Origin: Phyllosticta citribraziliensis
Lineage: Eukaryota
Reading direction: 5' to 3'
NCBI RefSeq assembly: GCF_038025025.1
Contig: NW_027117343.1
Span: forward strand, 1,612,001-1,676,000
Length of the DNA: 64,000 bases
Part shown: piece after piece, positions 12,337 through 24,515 of the stretch
Layout of the letters: each line of letters begins with the position of its first letter
Numbering within the stretch: the first letter of the stretch is position 1
Notes under the pieces: model-generated
Database searches by the model: none
Seen by the model: the letters and a program-made list of their open reading frames with translations, nothing else
Told to the model about the DNA's origin: nothing
Program-made: the position numbers and the translations under genes

Positions 12337-15300
12337 ATGAGCCAAGTTAGCAATGAGAGCCCGTCGTCTCTAAACATGGGTCCGCCATCAACCAACACCA
12401 CGGCTGCCAAAGTCGCAATACCCCCTTTGCGTCACCGCATCCACACGCCCCCTATCGCGACCGACAAGAAGCGGACCGCCAAGGCATGCGCTGAGTGCCG
12501 CTCGCGAAAGATCAAATGCAGCGGGCGGCAGCCGACGTGTGACCACTGTGACCAGCTCCAAATCTCTTGCGTCTACAACGACGGAAAGCGAGAGCGTCAC
12601 AAAAAGTGAGAGGGAGATGCCCATAACCTGGCCTCCATCGAGGCTGACGCTCCCAGGGGCCTAGAGCGCGGTGACCGCATGCTGCAGCTCATCCGTGACA
12701 TCTCTGCAACCGTCCATCTACCTGCAGACATTCGCTCGAGGATATTGACGCTCGAGTCAGAGGTAGAGTGTTGCCCCGCTGCAGAAATCGGTGGGGACTC
12801 GTCAGATTCTACGACAAGGTGTTCGAAGCAGCACTAACCAGTTGCTACTCAGGTCCCGGATGATGCTCTTTCCCTGGCCTCGACGGCCTCGCAGAAACGC
12901 TTCCTCGCAGTTGGCGCCACTGCCAGCAACAAGCGTCCGCGCTCACACTCACCCGGCGTTGAACGGACTGGGAACCCAGACGCCGCGATGTCTGCCGATG
13001 TGGGTTCTCAGAGGTCCGTCGACCTCGTTGGCGAAGACCTGACGCAGGATGAACAGGCACGCGCCACCGGCTTCGTTGGCAAAGTATCCGACGTTGCTTG
13101 GGCTCAGAGCCTCGCACACGTGCAGAATTCGCATATCAGGGATGACTGTGACGGCCAATCAGTCTTTGGCATGGCGGGAGACACTGAGCGGGCGGAGCTG
13201 GACCGTCTGAATGCGACCAGACGTCGTCATGCGCCCGACAACGGCCCTCGAGACAAGGTTTCGGACTACAACTACCATGTCGACCAAGAAGACGTCTTGC
13301 TGCTGTCCAACGTCGACAAGGATGAACTCCCGACTGCCGAGATGGCAACCAACATTTGCGAGTGCTACATGGAAAACGTTCAGGGCATGTTTCCGGCGCT
13401 GAGCAAGCCCGACTTTATGGGCCAGTTCAGAATGTATTTGGTCTCGCGCAATCCCGAGAGCCTGCCGGCCAAGTGGCGTGCCATTTTGAATCTCGTCTTT
13501 GCCGTCGGAGCCAGATTTTCACACCTCAGCGAGGCGCCTTGGAGGAGTGACGAACGGGACCACCTCATATACTACACGCGTGCGCGGCATCTTGGGTTCA
13601 ACGGGGAGACTCTGCTAGAGCACCCCGACCTTCAGGGCATCCAGGTGCTTGCCCTGATTTCGTTTTACTACTTGGCCATTGGCCAGGTAAGCCGGTACTC
13701 TTTCCCCAAAGTTGTCGCGTCATTGTTCCTGACCTTGGTACAGAGCATGGATCATGATTGGCTCTGCTTGTCGCCACGCCGTCGCACTTGGTATGCACCT
13801 ACGAACCGAGACGCCTTCGATCCCGCATGCGCAAAAAGAAAAGCGAGTCCGCGTGTGGTGGTCCCTCCACCGGCTTGACCACGTCCTCTGTGAAATCACC
13901 GGGCGCCCGCCAGCCATCAACCACCTCTTCGCCTCCGTCCCCGTTCCCGCCCCGCTCGATGAAGATAACGTGTCGCCGGCTTTGGATAGAATGAATCTTG
14001 ATGGAAGGGTAAAGAGGGATGTTGTCACAGAAAACAAAGACGCCTCCATGACCATTTGCTTTCGTCACCACGTATTGCTTGGTTTGATTGCTCAAAGAGT
14101 CATTGTCACTTTGTACTCTGCCGAAACCGTGACTGCATCCTGGGAAGCGGCCCGCAACTCCATCACCGGGTTCAGCGAGGAGATTGACCAGTGGTATCTG
14201 AACCTGCCGCTTCAATTCAAGTTTGGCCATGGCTCGGCGCCGCCGACTCGCGAGCGCACGCTTCTCGGTTTCTCCTTCTACGGCACCAAGATTCTGCTCA
14301 ATCGTCCATGTCTATGTCGCATCGACCTGCGCATCCGAAATACTGGGGAGCGTTCGAAGGCGGTCAATGATGAGAGGTCGCGCGAGTGCATCAGGGCAGC
14401 CAGAAGCATGGCCAACCTGCTCCCAAACGACGCGGAACCCAATGTGCTATGGCTGTACTGCAACGGGCCATGGTGGTGCATCGTCCACCATCTCATGCAA
14501 GCCATCACCGTCTGTATGCTGGAGCTCGCCTTTGGAATGTACCACATGTCGGAACACAAGGCCAACCGCGACGCGATCCTGCCCGTGCTGTACAAGCTCA
14601 TTCGGTGGATGGAGAAGATGGCAGACATGGGCAACGCCACTGCCCGCGGGGCGTGCAAGCAGATTCGCGAGCAGTTCAAGGGCTTTGCGTCGTACAAAGA
14701 CGACCAGATCCAGGCCTTTGCCAGGAAAGTCTTTTCCAAGCAGCCGTCGTCACGTCCTGGAGGCGCGTCGCCGCTTGGAACGTCCCGGCCGTCGCCGTGG
14801 CAGAGCCAGACTCCGGACTTTTTCATGGCAGCAGAATCGGCCGACTACTTTGGACAGTTCCATCGCGACAACTACGGCGTGTCACTGAATCAAGCGATGC
14901 AAGCGCACCACATGGGTGGGCAGCGCCCTCACTTGGGCCGCGCTCCATTGAGCAACACTACCAACTTTCCCCCTGGCGCGACAACGAGCTCCTTTGGCGC
15001 CGGGCCCGGCGAGCCGTGGGAGACTAATCCAGACCCGACGTGGAGCAATCTCATGTGGCAGACCTCGCATGACCAATTCAACCCCTTTTCGAATTTGGCT
15101 AGCGGACCGCTGTTGGCGCAGCAGCAGCAGCGGCGACAGCAGCAGCAAACGATGGACAGCGCCGGTGCTCTACCATCTGAGCACCCCCATCACCAACAGT
15201 ACGGAGCAGCCGTGCACGTTGTCTCCGGACAGGGAATGGCGATGGCGGCGTTTGCGCAGGATCTCGATGGATGGCCGCCGCAGGGACAACAACAACAGCA

Positions 15301-15496
15301 GCAGCACATGACTCACACCGACCAGCTCCCCTATAATGCCTTTTCCGACCAGGTGGACTTGGATTATCACTACGACGCCTCGTCCTCGATGACCGACGGC
15401 TATGAGACGGCTAATGTGGCGTTGGAGGAGCACACGCAGGGCATGGGGCGCACGCGCGACCCTCTGGATGGGCAGCAACAGAGATACCGTAATTGA
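12337..15496 (+). CDS. Zn2Cys6 transcription factor with fungal-specific TF domain; introns ~12606-12656, 12763-12852, 13695-13743
   Basis: CAECRSRKIKCSGRQPTCDHCDQLQISC binuclear cluster; middle homology region (RAW.MIG.A.RHAVALGMH...RVRVWWSL..LD...ITGRP); GPWWCIVHHLMQA; Q-rich C-terminus. Introns restore frame. Start could be 12337 or 12376. Confidence 0.9.
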
Positions 15497-18190
15497 ATTG
15501 GGCCGTAGTTGTGGTTGGAGAAAAGCAGTGTGGATGTGGGTGAGGAAGTGAAGAAGGAGATGGGAATTTGATGGTTGGCTGATTACTCCTCGCCATCATC
15601 GCTGTTTTCAAGGCCATCATTGCATTTCAGGGTGGCCATGAATTCAGAATCCGTCAACCCAATACAACCCAGTGTTCCGACTGGTCGGATTGATCGGCGA
15701 AAATTGACGGGCTACTTAGTTGGGGTCTTTCTTTTTTGGTGTTGAGCTGCAGGCAGGCCTGGCTGTAGCTACGTCTGAAATGGCCGTTTGCACGATGACT
15801 TCCTTACATAGAGGGGTTCCTCTTGGGAGTAAGAGCAATAGGAGTAGGTAGAGGCTTCATGTGCTAGTGTAGGATTAGGCGTAACATCACGGCCGATTTT
15901 GACGTTGGATTGACTGGAAAACTGGCGGGGATGTGTTGATTCAGTTTACCACAACGTGTATCCTCTCTCCTTTGTTAACCCAATATCCTTTTTGGATTAA
16001 GTGCGTCAACTTAGCATAGTAGCGGCCGTGGTTGAATTTTAATCGGATTGACGCCTGTCTTACATCGTTGTGTCATTATTGAATGTGTATATATCAAGGA
16101 GGCAAGCTCAAGTAGAGGTCTCTGTTAGGAGTAAGAGTAGCAGGTGGTGTTTTTCAGGGGTTGTGGGTTTTTGGGGAAATATTCAATCACTCCCGGACGG
16201 CATAAAAAACTAAGCAATTATGTCAACGCAACGCAATTGACTTGTCAAATTGACCAATTGAATCAACTCAACTCCATTGCGTTGCCGACCATACTGATTT
16301 GCTATATCTACGCAGCCCTTTGTGTCCCGGATGCTACTTGGGTTTGCTATTCTGTTGTCTTGTCGTCCTTTCTACTCAAGCCGTTGACGTATAACTGTCT
16401 AGCCTGTTCCTTCCCGTCATGTAACCACATGTGTTTTCACTCGACGCGCGACGGATTTATCTGGTGGCATCCGGACCATCGGCCCAAGATGAGGTGGAGT
16501 TGGATCGAATGGAACGGCATCGGACCGGGCCTCATTCCAGCTTCTTGGTCGACAACTCGGAGAAGACGGTAAACAGCATGTGGTTTTTGGGTTGTGTACG
16601 TACAAGCAGCCATCCATAATGCATTTTTATTTCTACACGGCCAGATAGACAGTGACCTCCGCAGGTTTGCTGTTCATCAACTTATTTACGCGGCTTTGTT
16701 GCCTGTTCCTGTCCTTCCTCCTCTTCTTCTCCTTTCGACCCCCGCACCCACTCATCCATCCCATCGCATCCCACCACACCGTCGAAGCCCGATTGGCCGC
16801 TTTCGTGATCTTTGCATTGGCATTGGCCTTCAACACACTGCAAGCAACTCACACGCGTGGCACCCGCCTGCTGAAGGTTACTTTTGCGGCGGCTGGTCTG
16901 CTGCTGCTACTGCTGCTGCTGGTGGATCGCTACCTGCCAGTTGATTTCTGTAAGACTGCAGTGGACTGCGGCGGACTGAGCTGGACTGAACGAGGCAATG
17001 AGAGCATCGGGGAAGCGGAGCAGGGCAGAGATAGGGGGCGAGGCTGATGGCAGACGGATGGACAAACAGACAGAGCGCAACCGACAGCGTTGCAATTTCG
17101 TATATCCCCCTTTCCCCATCCTATCTTTCTTTTCTTGTCCCTTTTGCCCCTTCGTCATGCTCCTTCACCTCGATTCTCGTCAAACACAAGCATTTCGAAG
17201 CCTCCTTTTCCGTTGTGGTAGGCTGACTGGGCCGGTGAGGATGGACGATAAGAGCAGCAGGGAAGGGGAGGTGAAGGGGAGAGATTCTGGCGGGTAACGA
17301 ACAACAACCTCTTGATGTTGTGCTATCCCTCCCTACCTCTCTTCCTTCTCTACCATCTGACCCTCTTTCTCTCTCTCCCATTCAATCCTCTTCCCCCCTC
17401 AGCCTCTCCCAGCACGACGCAAAGGAAACAAGTCAAAATCCTCCGTCGTAGACTGACTGGCCAACATCCCAGTCCAGCATCTCATCGTCACAGCACCCAC
17501 ACATTCGCAGAGATGGCGCAATCCATACGGCATCTGGCGGGTCGGCTCGTCTTTTCTTTTTCGGCCTAGCGCAAGTCTCTTGGGGGTTCTTGAAGGCATG
17601 CCATCCCACATTCACTCTATTCGTCTCGTGTCGACTCTTTTCGATTCATCTCGCATTTCTCCCGTCTTCTTGTTTGCCACTTGAGCGGCTTTGCGTTGCG
17701 TTGCGGCAGAAGCAGGAAGACTCCGTCTGGCTTTTGCGCCACTGTCGCGGGTCCGCTTATCTGTGAGCCGCTCTTCCGTGCATGCGGCGCTGTTTTCCGT
17801 CGCTGTTGCCCGAACGTATGACGGGGTATGTAAGGCGGTTAATCGTTCGCTTTCACGTTTAAGCTTTGTCGTTATAGTCGTCCCATGACCAGTTGCCGGC
17901 CACGTGCGGTTTCGATGCGATGACATTGGTGCAAAGTCCAGTCCAGTCCAGAGGAAGGAAAGGATGAAAAGTGATGATAAGAAAGGTGAGGGAGGCTTGG
18001 GGTGATTGGGTCTGCTTGGGCGATGATGCGCTGGCGCGCTGGCCTGGTAGATCGGGGAGACATGCTGGCTAGCAGGCAGACTAGCAAGCAGACAGACAGG
18101 CATCCCACCCCTTCACGAGCCCAGCCCAGCCCAACTAACTGCCAACAGCAGCACCAAGGAACACAGCCAAACGATGGCCAGCAATCCATC

Positions 18191-20732
18191 TCACGGTCCC
18201 GACCCACCGACCAGCACATCGCCATCAGCATCTCGCGCCGCAGTGCCGAGCAGCCCAGCGCCCTCGTCATGGTGGCCCGGCGTCACCTCCTGGTGGTGAT
18301 GGCTAGCCATCTGGGCCTGGGCGTGCGCGTGTGCTGACTGCGGTCCGTACGCGTCGGACGGCGTACTCCAGCCCCACGCGTCTTCGAGCTGCGAGCGCGC
18401 TTCTTGAACTGGCCACCCGTGGAGCCGATGCACGCGCGTCAACAGGTCGTGCAGTGCCCGCTGGTGCGGCGGGTGCGTGAAGCGGTCGCCGCCTGTGAGG
18501 CATGAGTGCGTCAGTGGGTTGGGTAGGGTTGGAAGAGAGAAAGGATAAGGGGGTAAGAGCGGGACAGAGCAACAGGTTGGCATCGCAAGAAAATCGAAGA
18601 AAGAAGAAGAAGAGTTGAGGAACCGTTGCAAGAGGAAGAGTGACGGTTGAGAAGCGGGAGAAAGAAAGAAGTACGAAAAGCAGGAGGGAGAAGAGAAACA
18701 AAACTGAACAAAGACACGGACTTACACATGGATATGGCAACCAGCGCGATGATGTTGGCCGGTCCGTGGTCCAGATGACTATTGGCGATGCTGCAAAGCG
18801 TGCGCACGTCGCGGCGCAGTTTCTTGTCGACAGTGGCGACGCTGGCTTTGCGGCTGGGACCCAGCTTTGGGATCGACGGGTCGTGGACGAGGAGGACCAA
18901 CCGCGACAAGATGTTGTAGCCATAACCGAGGACTGCTTGGCGTATCAGCGCTGATGAGTAAGAGGACATGCTCGTGTTCGGGTACAATGCGAGAAGTACT
19001 CATGAAATAAGTGACGACATGCGGCTAGAAGGGGAAGTTTAGTCCGACATCAGACTACTCACCTTGCCAGTTGCCCATGACCCGCAACTCTGGAAACACT
19101 GGTTCTGGCGGCTGCTCCGCCTCATCCAGTCCAGGTACGCGTCCAAAAAAGGGATCAAAAGATCTTGGTCTCACTCGATTCCACGCCGCGTTGTCTTCGA
19201 TTAGCTTGCTCCATCGTTCTCGCCCCCTTGCTCTTGCACCCTCGACTACACGACTGGCTCCACCCCCGCCGCCACCCCCAAACGCAAAGGCCAAAGCATC
19301 CCCACAGTGAGCTATGGCGCGCTGGGCCCATACCCACTCGGGAGCCTCGCACCAGTCGTGGGCCTCGTCAAAGCCGCACATGCGCGCGGACAGCGTAATG
19401 GGGCGGTGCGTCTGCAAAGACATGTAAATCTCCTGGCGAAAGGCAATCCAGTAGGCCGCCTGGCGGAGACCGCGTGGGACGGGCGCGACGGGCGTCTTGT
19501 TGGCGGCGAGCTGCTCCTGAGCGGCGCGAATCAGGGCCGCAGTGCCGGTCAGGTGGCCGTGCGAATCGGAGCCGACAATGTCGACTGTGGCGGGCCATGA
19601 GTTTGGGAATGCTGGTGGTGATGGTGAGCAACGTACCGTCCATTTCCTCTAGCATACGCAGGAGGATTGTTGCCGTCAGGAGGCTGTCATCGAGGGCGGC
19701 ATCCTCATTGCTTAGGGCGGGGATGAGGTGGTCTAGACATGCCGAGTAGTACTGATCAGCGACGAGGGGATCGTAGCCGTGTGTGTATGCCAAATGCCGG
19801 GCAGAGAGGGCAAAGATGGCATTGGCCAGCGTGCTGCTAGTGCGGGAGCGCTGTGGAACGTCGAATCTGAAATACGGATAAGGCGAGGTAAAGTCCAGCT
19901 ACAGTCTGGGTCAGCCGCGTCTGGAGAATTCTGGGTCGGGATATTCATTCCATTCGTGGGGAAGAGGGACTGACTCACGAAACAAGATACGACGTCAATG
20001 TAGTGCCGCATTAGGAAAGCTTCGCCCTCGGCATTGAGCGGCCATTCGGCGCCCACCTTTCTCGATTGCGAACGAGGTTGGATATTGACCTGGGGACTGT
20101 TTTCCAACAGAGGCGGAGGTGGCATAGAATTGGGCGTGACGATGTTGTACTGCTCCGAGGGATGCGCTGATTGGGCGGACGGACTGGCCGTCAGCACCGT
20201 TCCTTGAGAAGGCGACGAGGCGGTCATGGACGGCAAGGCCACATCCATGTGCGACACGACGCTGGCCAGAGGAACTCGATTACTAGGAGGCGTTGCGGAG
20301 TGGATGTCCGGGAAGGTGGATCCGAGAGCATGGCCGCTTGAACCTGCATCATTGGAGTACTCCTGGAGAAGTTCCTCTGTCTCATTTACAAAGTCGACTG
20401 GAGAAAGTTGCCAGTTAGCGGGACCTGTGAACGTCGGGATGACGTACTCTGCGGAGGGATTGGAAGCCATCTTTGGTCTTTCAGGGGCCGTGGGGGCGCG
20501 TTGAAATGCCGCCAGCGACGTCGTGGCTCTCGAACGCATTGCTGGTCAGCTTGTTCACAACGCGAACAGCGTGGGCGCTTTTCGTCACCTGCGGGTAGCC
20601 GTTAGACGGAGGAGCACCAGCCAATGACGCACGTACACTTGTGGTGGCGAGTCCGGCAACTGATGCTGATTTGCATATTAGTCGCTGCGGCCAAAACGAG
20701 CAGTCTCTCTGTCGGGCAACCCACCAAGACAT
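18191..20732 (-). CDS. Zn2Cys6 transcription factor (ArcA-like/Fungal_trans_2 type), multi-exon
   Basis: Spliced N-terminus MSC|ISCRTRHHKC|DEKRPRCSRCEQADQQC (exons 20725-20732, 20637-20665, then from 20588). Downstream motifs WPL..E.EAFLMRHY, NAIFALSARHL, LLTATILLRMLEEMD, AAYWIAFRQEIYMS, IAISMC|GDRF...HGWP. Confidence 0.85.
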
Positions 20733-20754
20733 GTTCAGTAGCTACGGTTCCATC

Positions 20755-21006
20755 GCGGAGAGTAACAATAGCGCGGAGGATTTGGCCTATGGACGGTCGG
20801 ACATTTCCAAGAAGGACGACGTTGGTGAATTGGGCGTGGGCTGAGTTGCTGTTTTTAATCGGATCAAGGCAGCCCCACCCGTGCTTAGTGCGGGGAGAGC
20901 TCCACACCCAAAGAGGTAGCCTTGCGCTGCCCGCACGCCGCATCTGGTTCGGCGCTCCGCCACGTAGCGGGTCGCTTTTGCGGGGTGAGCCAAGCCCCCG
21001 GCGGAG
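20755..21006. promoter_or_regulatory. Cluster of SYGGRG (CreA/Cre1-type) motifs in the bidirectional promoter
   Basis: Nine matches on both strands, at 20755, 20773, 20873, 20890, 20900, 20955, 20980, 20996 and 21001. Confidence 0.5.
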
Positions 21007-21161
21007 CTTTTGCCTCGAATCGTTTTGATGCGGCAACACGTCCGCACCACCTCGAGAGCTGTGATGCAACCGGATTGAGCCAAGGAACAATATAAAAATC
21101 GAGCAGAAGAATATCCTAGACGAGCCATTGTCAGTTTTCAGATTTACGACGTACACCAACA

Positions 21162-22307
21162 ATGCCTCACGCTGCATCTCCCGAAGTTGAATCAAGCTGG
21201 CCCGGCGCCAAACTCTTTGTCAATGATGGCCCCTTGGAAGCCTCAGAAGTCGCCCCCTTGAAAAAGTCATACCCCTCAGAGCCCATTGAAGAGCTTCGGA
21301 AAAGGTACAATGAGGATGGCTACATCTTCATGAAGGGCCTCATTCCTCGGGAAGACGTCTTGAAGGCTCGGGAAAGCTACTTCAAGGGGCTCGCACCCAG
21401 CGGTGTCCTCAAGCCTGGAACCAAGCCCGTCGAGGGCATCTTTGACGACGCCAAGGATCGCCTCAACTACCCGGGCATTGGGGCGGGTGCCGCTTCAGGC
21501 AACGGCCGTCCAGGCGGCGAGTCGGCCGAAGTTTTTGTTGATCTGGCGTTGAAGCAGCACACTGAGCCGTGGTATTGCGAGGAGTTTTCCAAACACCCGG
21601 CACTGTATGACTTTATCAGCAAGTTGACGGGGTGGGGCAACGACACTCTGTCGCTCAAGCGGACGCTGCTTCGGAACAACACGCCGGGGAACAAGGCCAT
21701 TGGCGTGCATTACGACCAAATCTTCCTCCGCTACGGCGAGCCGACTTCTGTGACGGCGTGGGTCCCCATGGGCGATGTCAGCGTCCAGGGCGGCGGATTG
21801 ATTTACATGGAAGACGGTAAGTCGCTGCTCCCATCTCCCGTGCTTGTCTGACGTCTTAGGCCACAATGTCGGACAACGAATCGAAAACGAGTTCACCGAA
21901 AAGGCCAAGGAAAACGGCCTCACTGAAGAAGAGGCCAAGTACGCCTTCAACAGGAACATGATGTCGACCGGATTCCTGGCCGAAGGTCCAGCTGGCTTTG
22001 GTCGTGAACACGGCGCAAGGTGGCTGCTGACCGACTACGAGGCGGGCGATGCTGTGCTCCACCAACCGCATTCTGTACGTGTGCCTGTGGGGTTGCCGTT
22101 CGTTTTGCTGACCATGCGTCTAGATCCACGCCTCGACCATCAACCACGACCCGCAAAACAAAATTCGCGTGGGAACTGACCTGCGATTTGTCAACTCGGC
22201 GCGTCCCTATGACAAGGTATGTGGCCAAAAGCGTGCGATTCAAGGCTCAACCTGATGAAGTTTGACAGAGGTGGACCAACTATTTCCAATTCAACGACGG
22301 CGTTTGA
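21162..22307 (+). CDS. Phytanoyl-CoA dioxygenase (PhyH) family 2OG-Fe(II) dioxygenase; introns 21818-21860, 22075-22123, 22217-22268
   Basis: Y..DGY, facial triad VHYD...IHAST, TAWVPMGD...GGL.Y, YEAGD.VLH, R.GTDLRF (2OG-binding Arg). Spliced C-terminus ...PYDK|RWTNYFQFNDGV*. Confidence 0.9.
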
Positions 22308-23754
22308 CGACGTGACGGATTTTTCCTTTTCCGATTCTTCGTTTGGGCACATGACGCTTGGGTCACGAAATTTTGCAAATTACAAGAGGCGATATCATGA
22401 GGGTGCTCGGAAGATCCGTAGTAGACGGCCGAAGAGCGTGCGACCGGATTCTTGCTCTGTGGTTGTCATAGCGCACGCAGAAAGTTTGAACAGAGCTTCG
22501 AGAATGCTTGACACTTCAAGTAGGCCTGTGCGCCTCGTGGGCGGAGTGACGAAAGTTCTTTCGCGCATCGTCGGGCGCGTCCGCTTTAGTTAGATTGTTG
22601 AATAATACACTTTGGATTTCTTCCTTTCCGTGTTTGGTGGTGGAAACAAGGCTGCTTTCGATAGTCATCTATCTGCAGTCTGGCCAAGATGTCCCGTGAC
22701 CGAAGGAGAGGTCAAAAATAGAAGCGATAAAGACTTGCGAGAGTTGCGAAAGCGAAAAACTCCAATTTGAGTGAGCGCCATTCAACCTTGCGAAAGAGGT
22801 GACCCGGAAAACTACAAGACGTCTGCGCAGCAATCAGCGCAACAGCAAACAGCGCGGGCGCGAGCGGCAAACGCGATGACAAGAGGGTGGAGAAGTTTCG
22901 CTTGGCGGCAGTTTGGGAGGGTCAACAATATATTGTAAAAGCCGACGAACAAACAAGGCGGGATCGAGTGTGGTGTTGATTGGGAGCGGCTATGCCCGCC
23001 CGCGACAGCACGGTGGGCGGACGAGCACCCAGCCACGTGACCGACCGCTTGCGGACTAGTCCGAGTCGGGCAGTCACCTAGCGGCTGCATGGGCGCAAGC
23101 TTCCCGGTCATCGACGTTGGGTCGCTGCGAACCCAAAGGAACAAGCGCCCATTTGCGCGCGGCACCAGCCAAAGCCTTTCTGTCTTTTCACTTCGCCCGC
23201 GCGGCCGCGTGAGGCCACATGCTCTGTCTCCTTTCTTGAAAGCGGGGGCGTCTGAGTCGAGGTGCTGAGGTCGATTTCACGGCCTGCCCAAGCTCTTGCC
23301 GTATCAAGGGTCTTTCCGGTTTCAACTTCGGCTGGTGCGCGGCACACTCTCGTGGGCTTCTCATCTCGAGCGTAAATGTGTTGAACGTTCACAAGACCGG
23401 CAGACGGACCTGATGGCGGCAGGGTCCCCCTGGATCGTCAGCCCTAGCCGTCGTTGATGCCCCACATCAATCTCGACTGGGCAGGCAGACCTTGTCCATT
23501 CAGTAATCTAAAATTTAAGAGTTCAAAGGCCATTCTCACTAGATTAAGACAATCGACGCTGAAGATCAGTCCCCAAAGGTCCTTTCACTGGCAGCAAAAA
23601 TAGCAATGTTTATGAAGATATTCAAATTGATTTCTCGAGCATAGTAGCAACGAAGAATTGTCTAACACGCCATTACTACCGCCATGTGTTTCGAAGTGGG
23701 CGACTGGTCAAAGAACAAAAAGGGAGTTTCGCAAGACCGTCCGAAATGCAACCC

Positions 23755-24515
23755 TTAGTTCTTCGAACCAGATCCAGAGCCAGAGCCAGAGCCAGAGTCA
23801 GAGCCCTTCTTGGGGTTGGACGGATCCGTGGGGTAACGGGCGGATGGCGGGCCAACGCGCCATTCAACGTCGACAGCCTGGATACCGTTGTACTCATTGT
23901 CGTCGTCGCAGGCCATGACACCCTTCTCGTTGACGAGCTGCTTGTAGCTGCCCGAAACTGAGACATAGCCTTGCTGAGAGTGCAGATTGGCCGAGTCCTC
24001 AAGCAAGTTCGAGACATCCAGGTTACCAATAGCAGCGCGCTGGTCCTTGGCTCTGGCAAAGAAAGCGACTGGAAGAGTCAGTAATAGATCAGGCCTAATG
24101 CGTCAGAGAAACACTGACCGGTCTTGTAGCGGACAATCTCACGGCCCTCGGTGGGTATCTCCCATCTGTGCGAGCCCTTTGCAACGCTTGCGGCGAGCGC
24201 CAAAGCATCCTCCTTGGTGGGCAACTTCGTCCCCTTGCTCGTATCAATCGGGACCGGGTCGAACGAAGAACTACCGCAAAGGTTCTTCCCTTCCGTTTCG
24301 CCACCAGGGCCGGGGCGGCCGGCGCGGTCATTCGGTCTACCACCGGGCGAGACCGGATTGCCTTGAGAGTCCTGACCGCCTCCTCCAGAAGTACTCGCAA
24401 GACTGACGGATTGCTGATTGTTTTGCTTGTTCTTACGAGCTGCGGGGCCGAGGGCCTCTCCTGCCAGAGCGGAGACAGGCAGCAGCGAGGCGATGAAGAG
24501 GATGTCGAAACGCAT
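23755..24515 (-). CDS. Secreted Ecp2/Hce2-like effector; intron 24069-24118
   Basis: Signal peptide MRFDILFIASLLPVSALA and G-rich pro-region, then CGSSSF...P..ED...W....R.IV.YKTVAF...IGNLDV..LL.DS...V...G.MAC...V.W, matching the Hce2 domain pattern. GS-repeat tail encoded by (CCAGAG)n. Confidence 0.75.

Noticed and set aside
16429..17047. Trp-rich 47-aa ORF and hydrophobic 131-aa ORF
   Set aside because: No family motif; hydrophobicity is explained by T/C-rich sequence; no convincing splice model.
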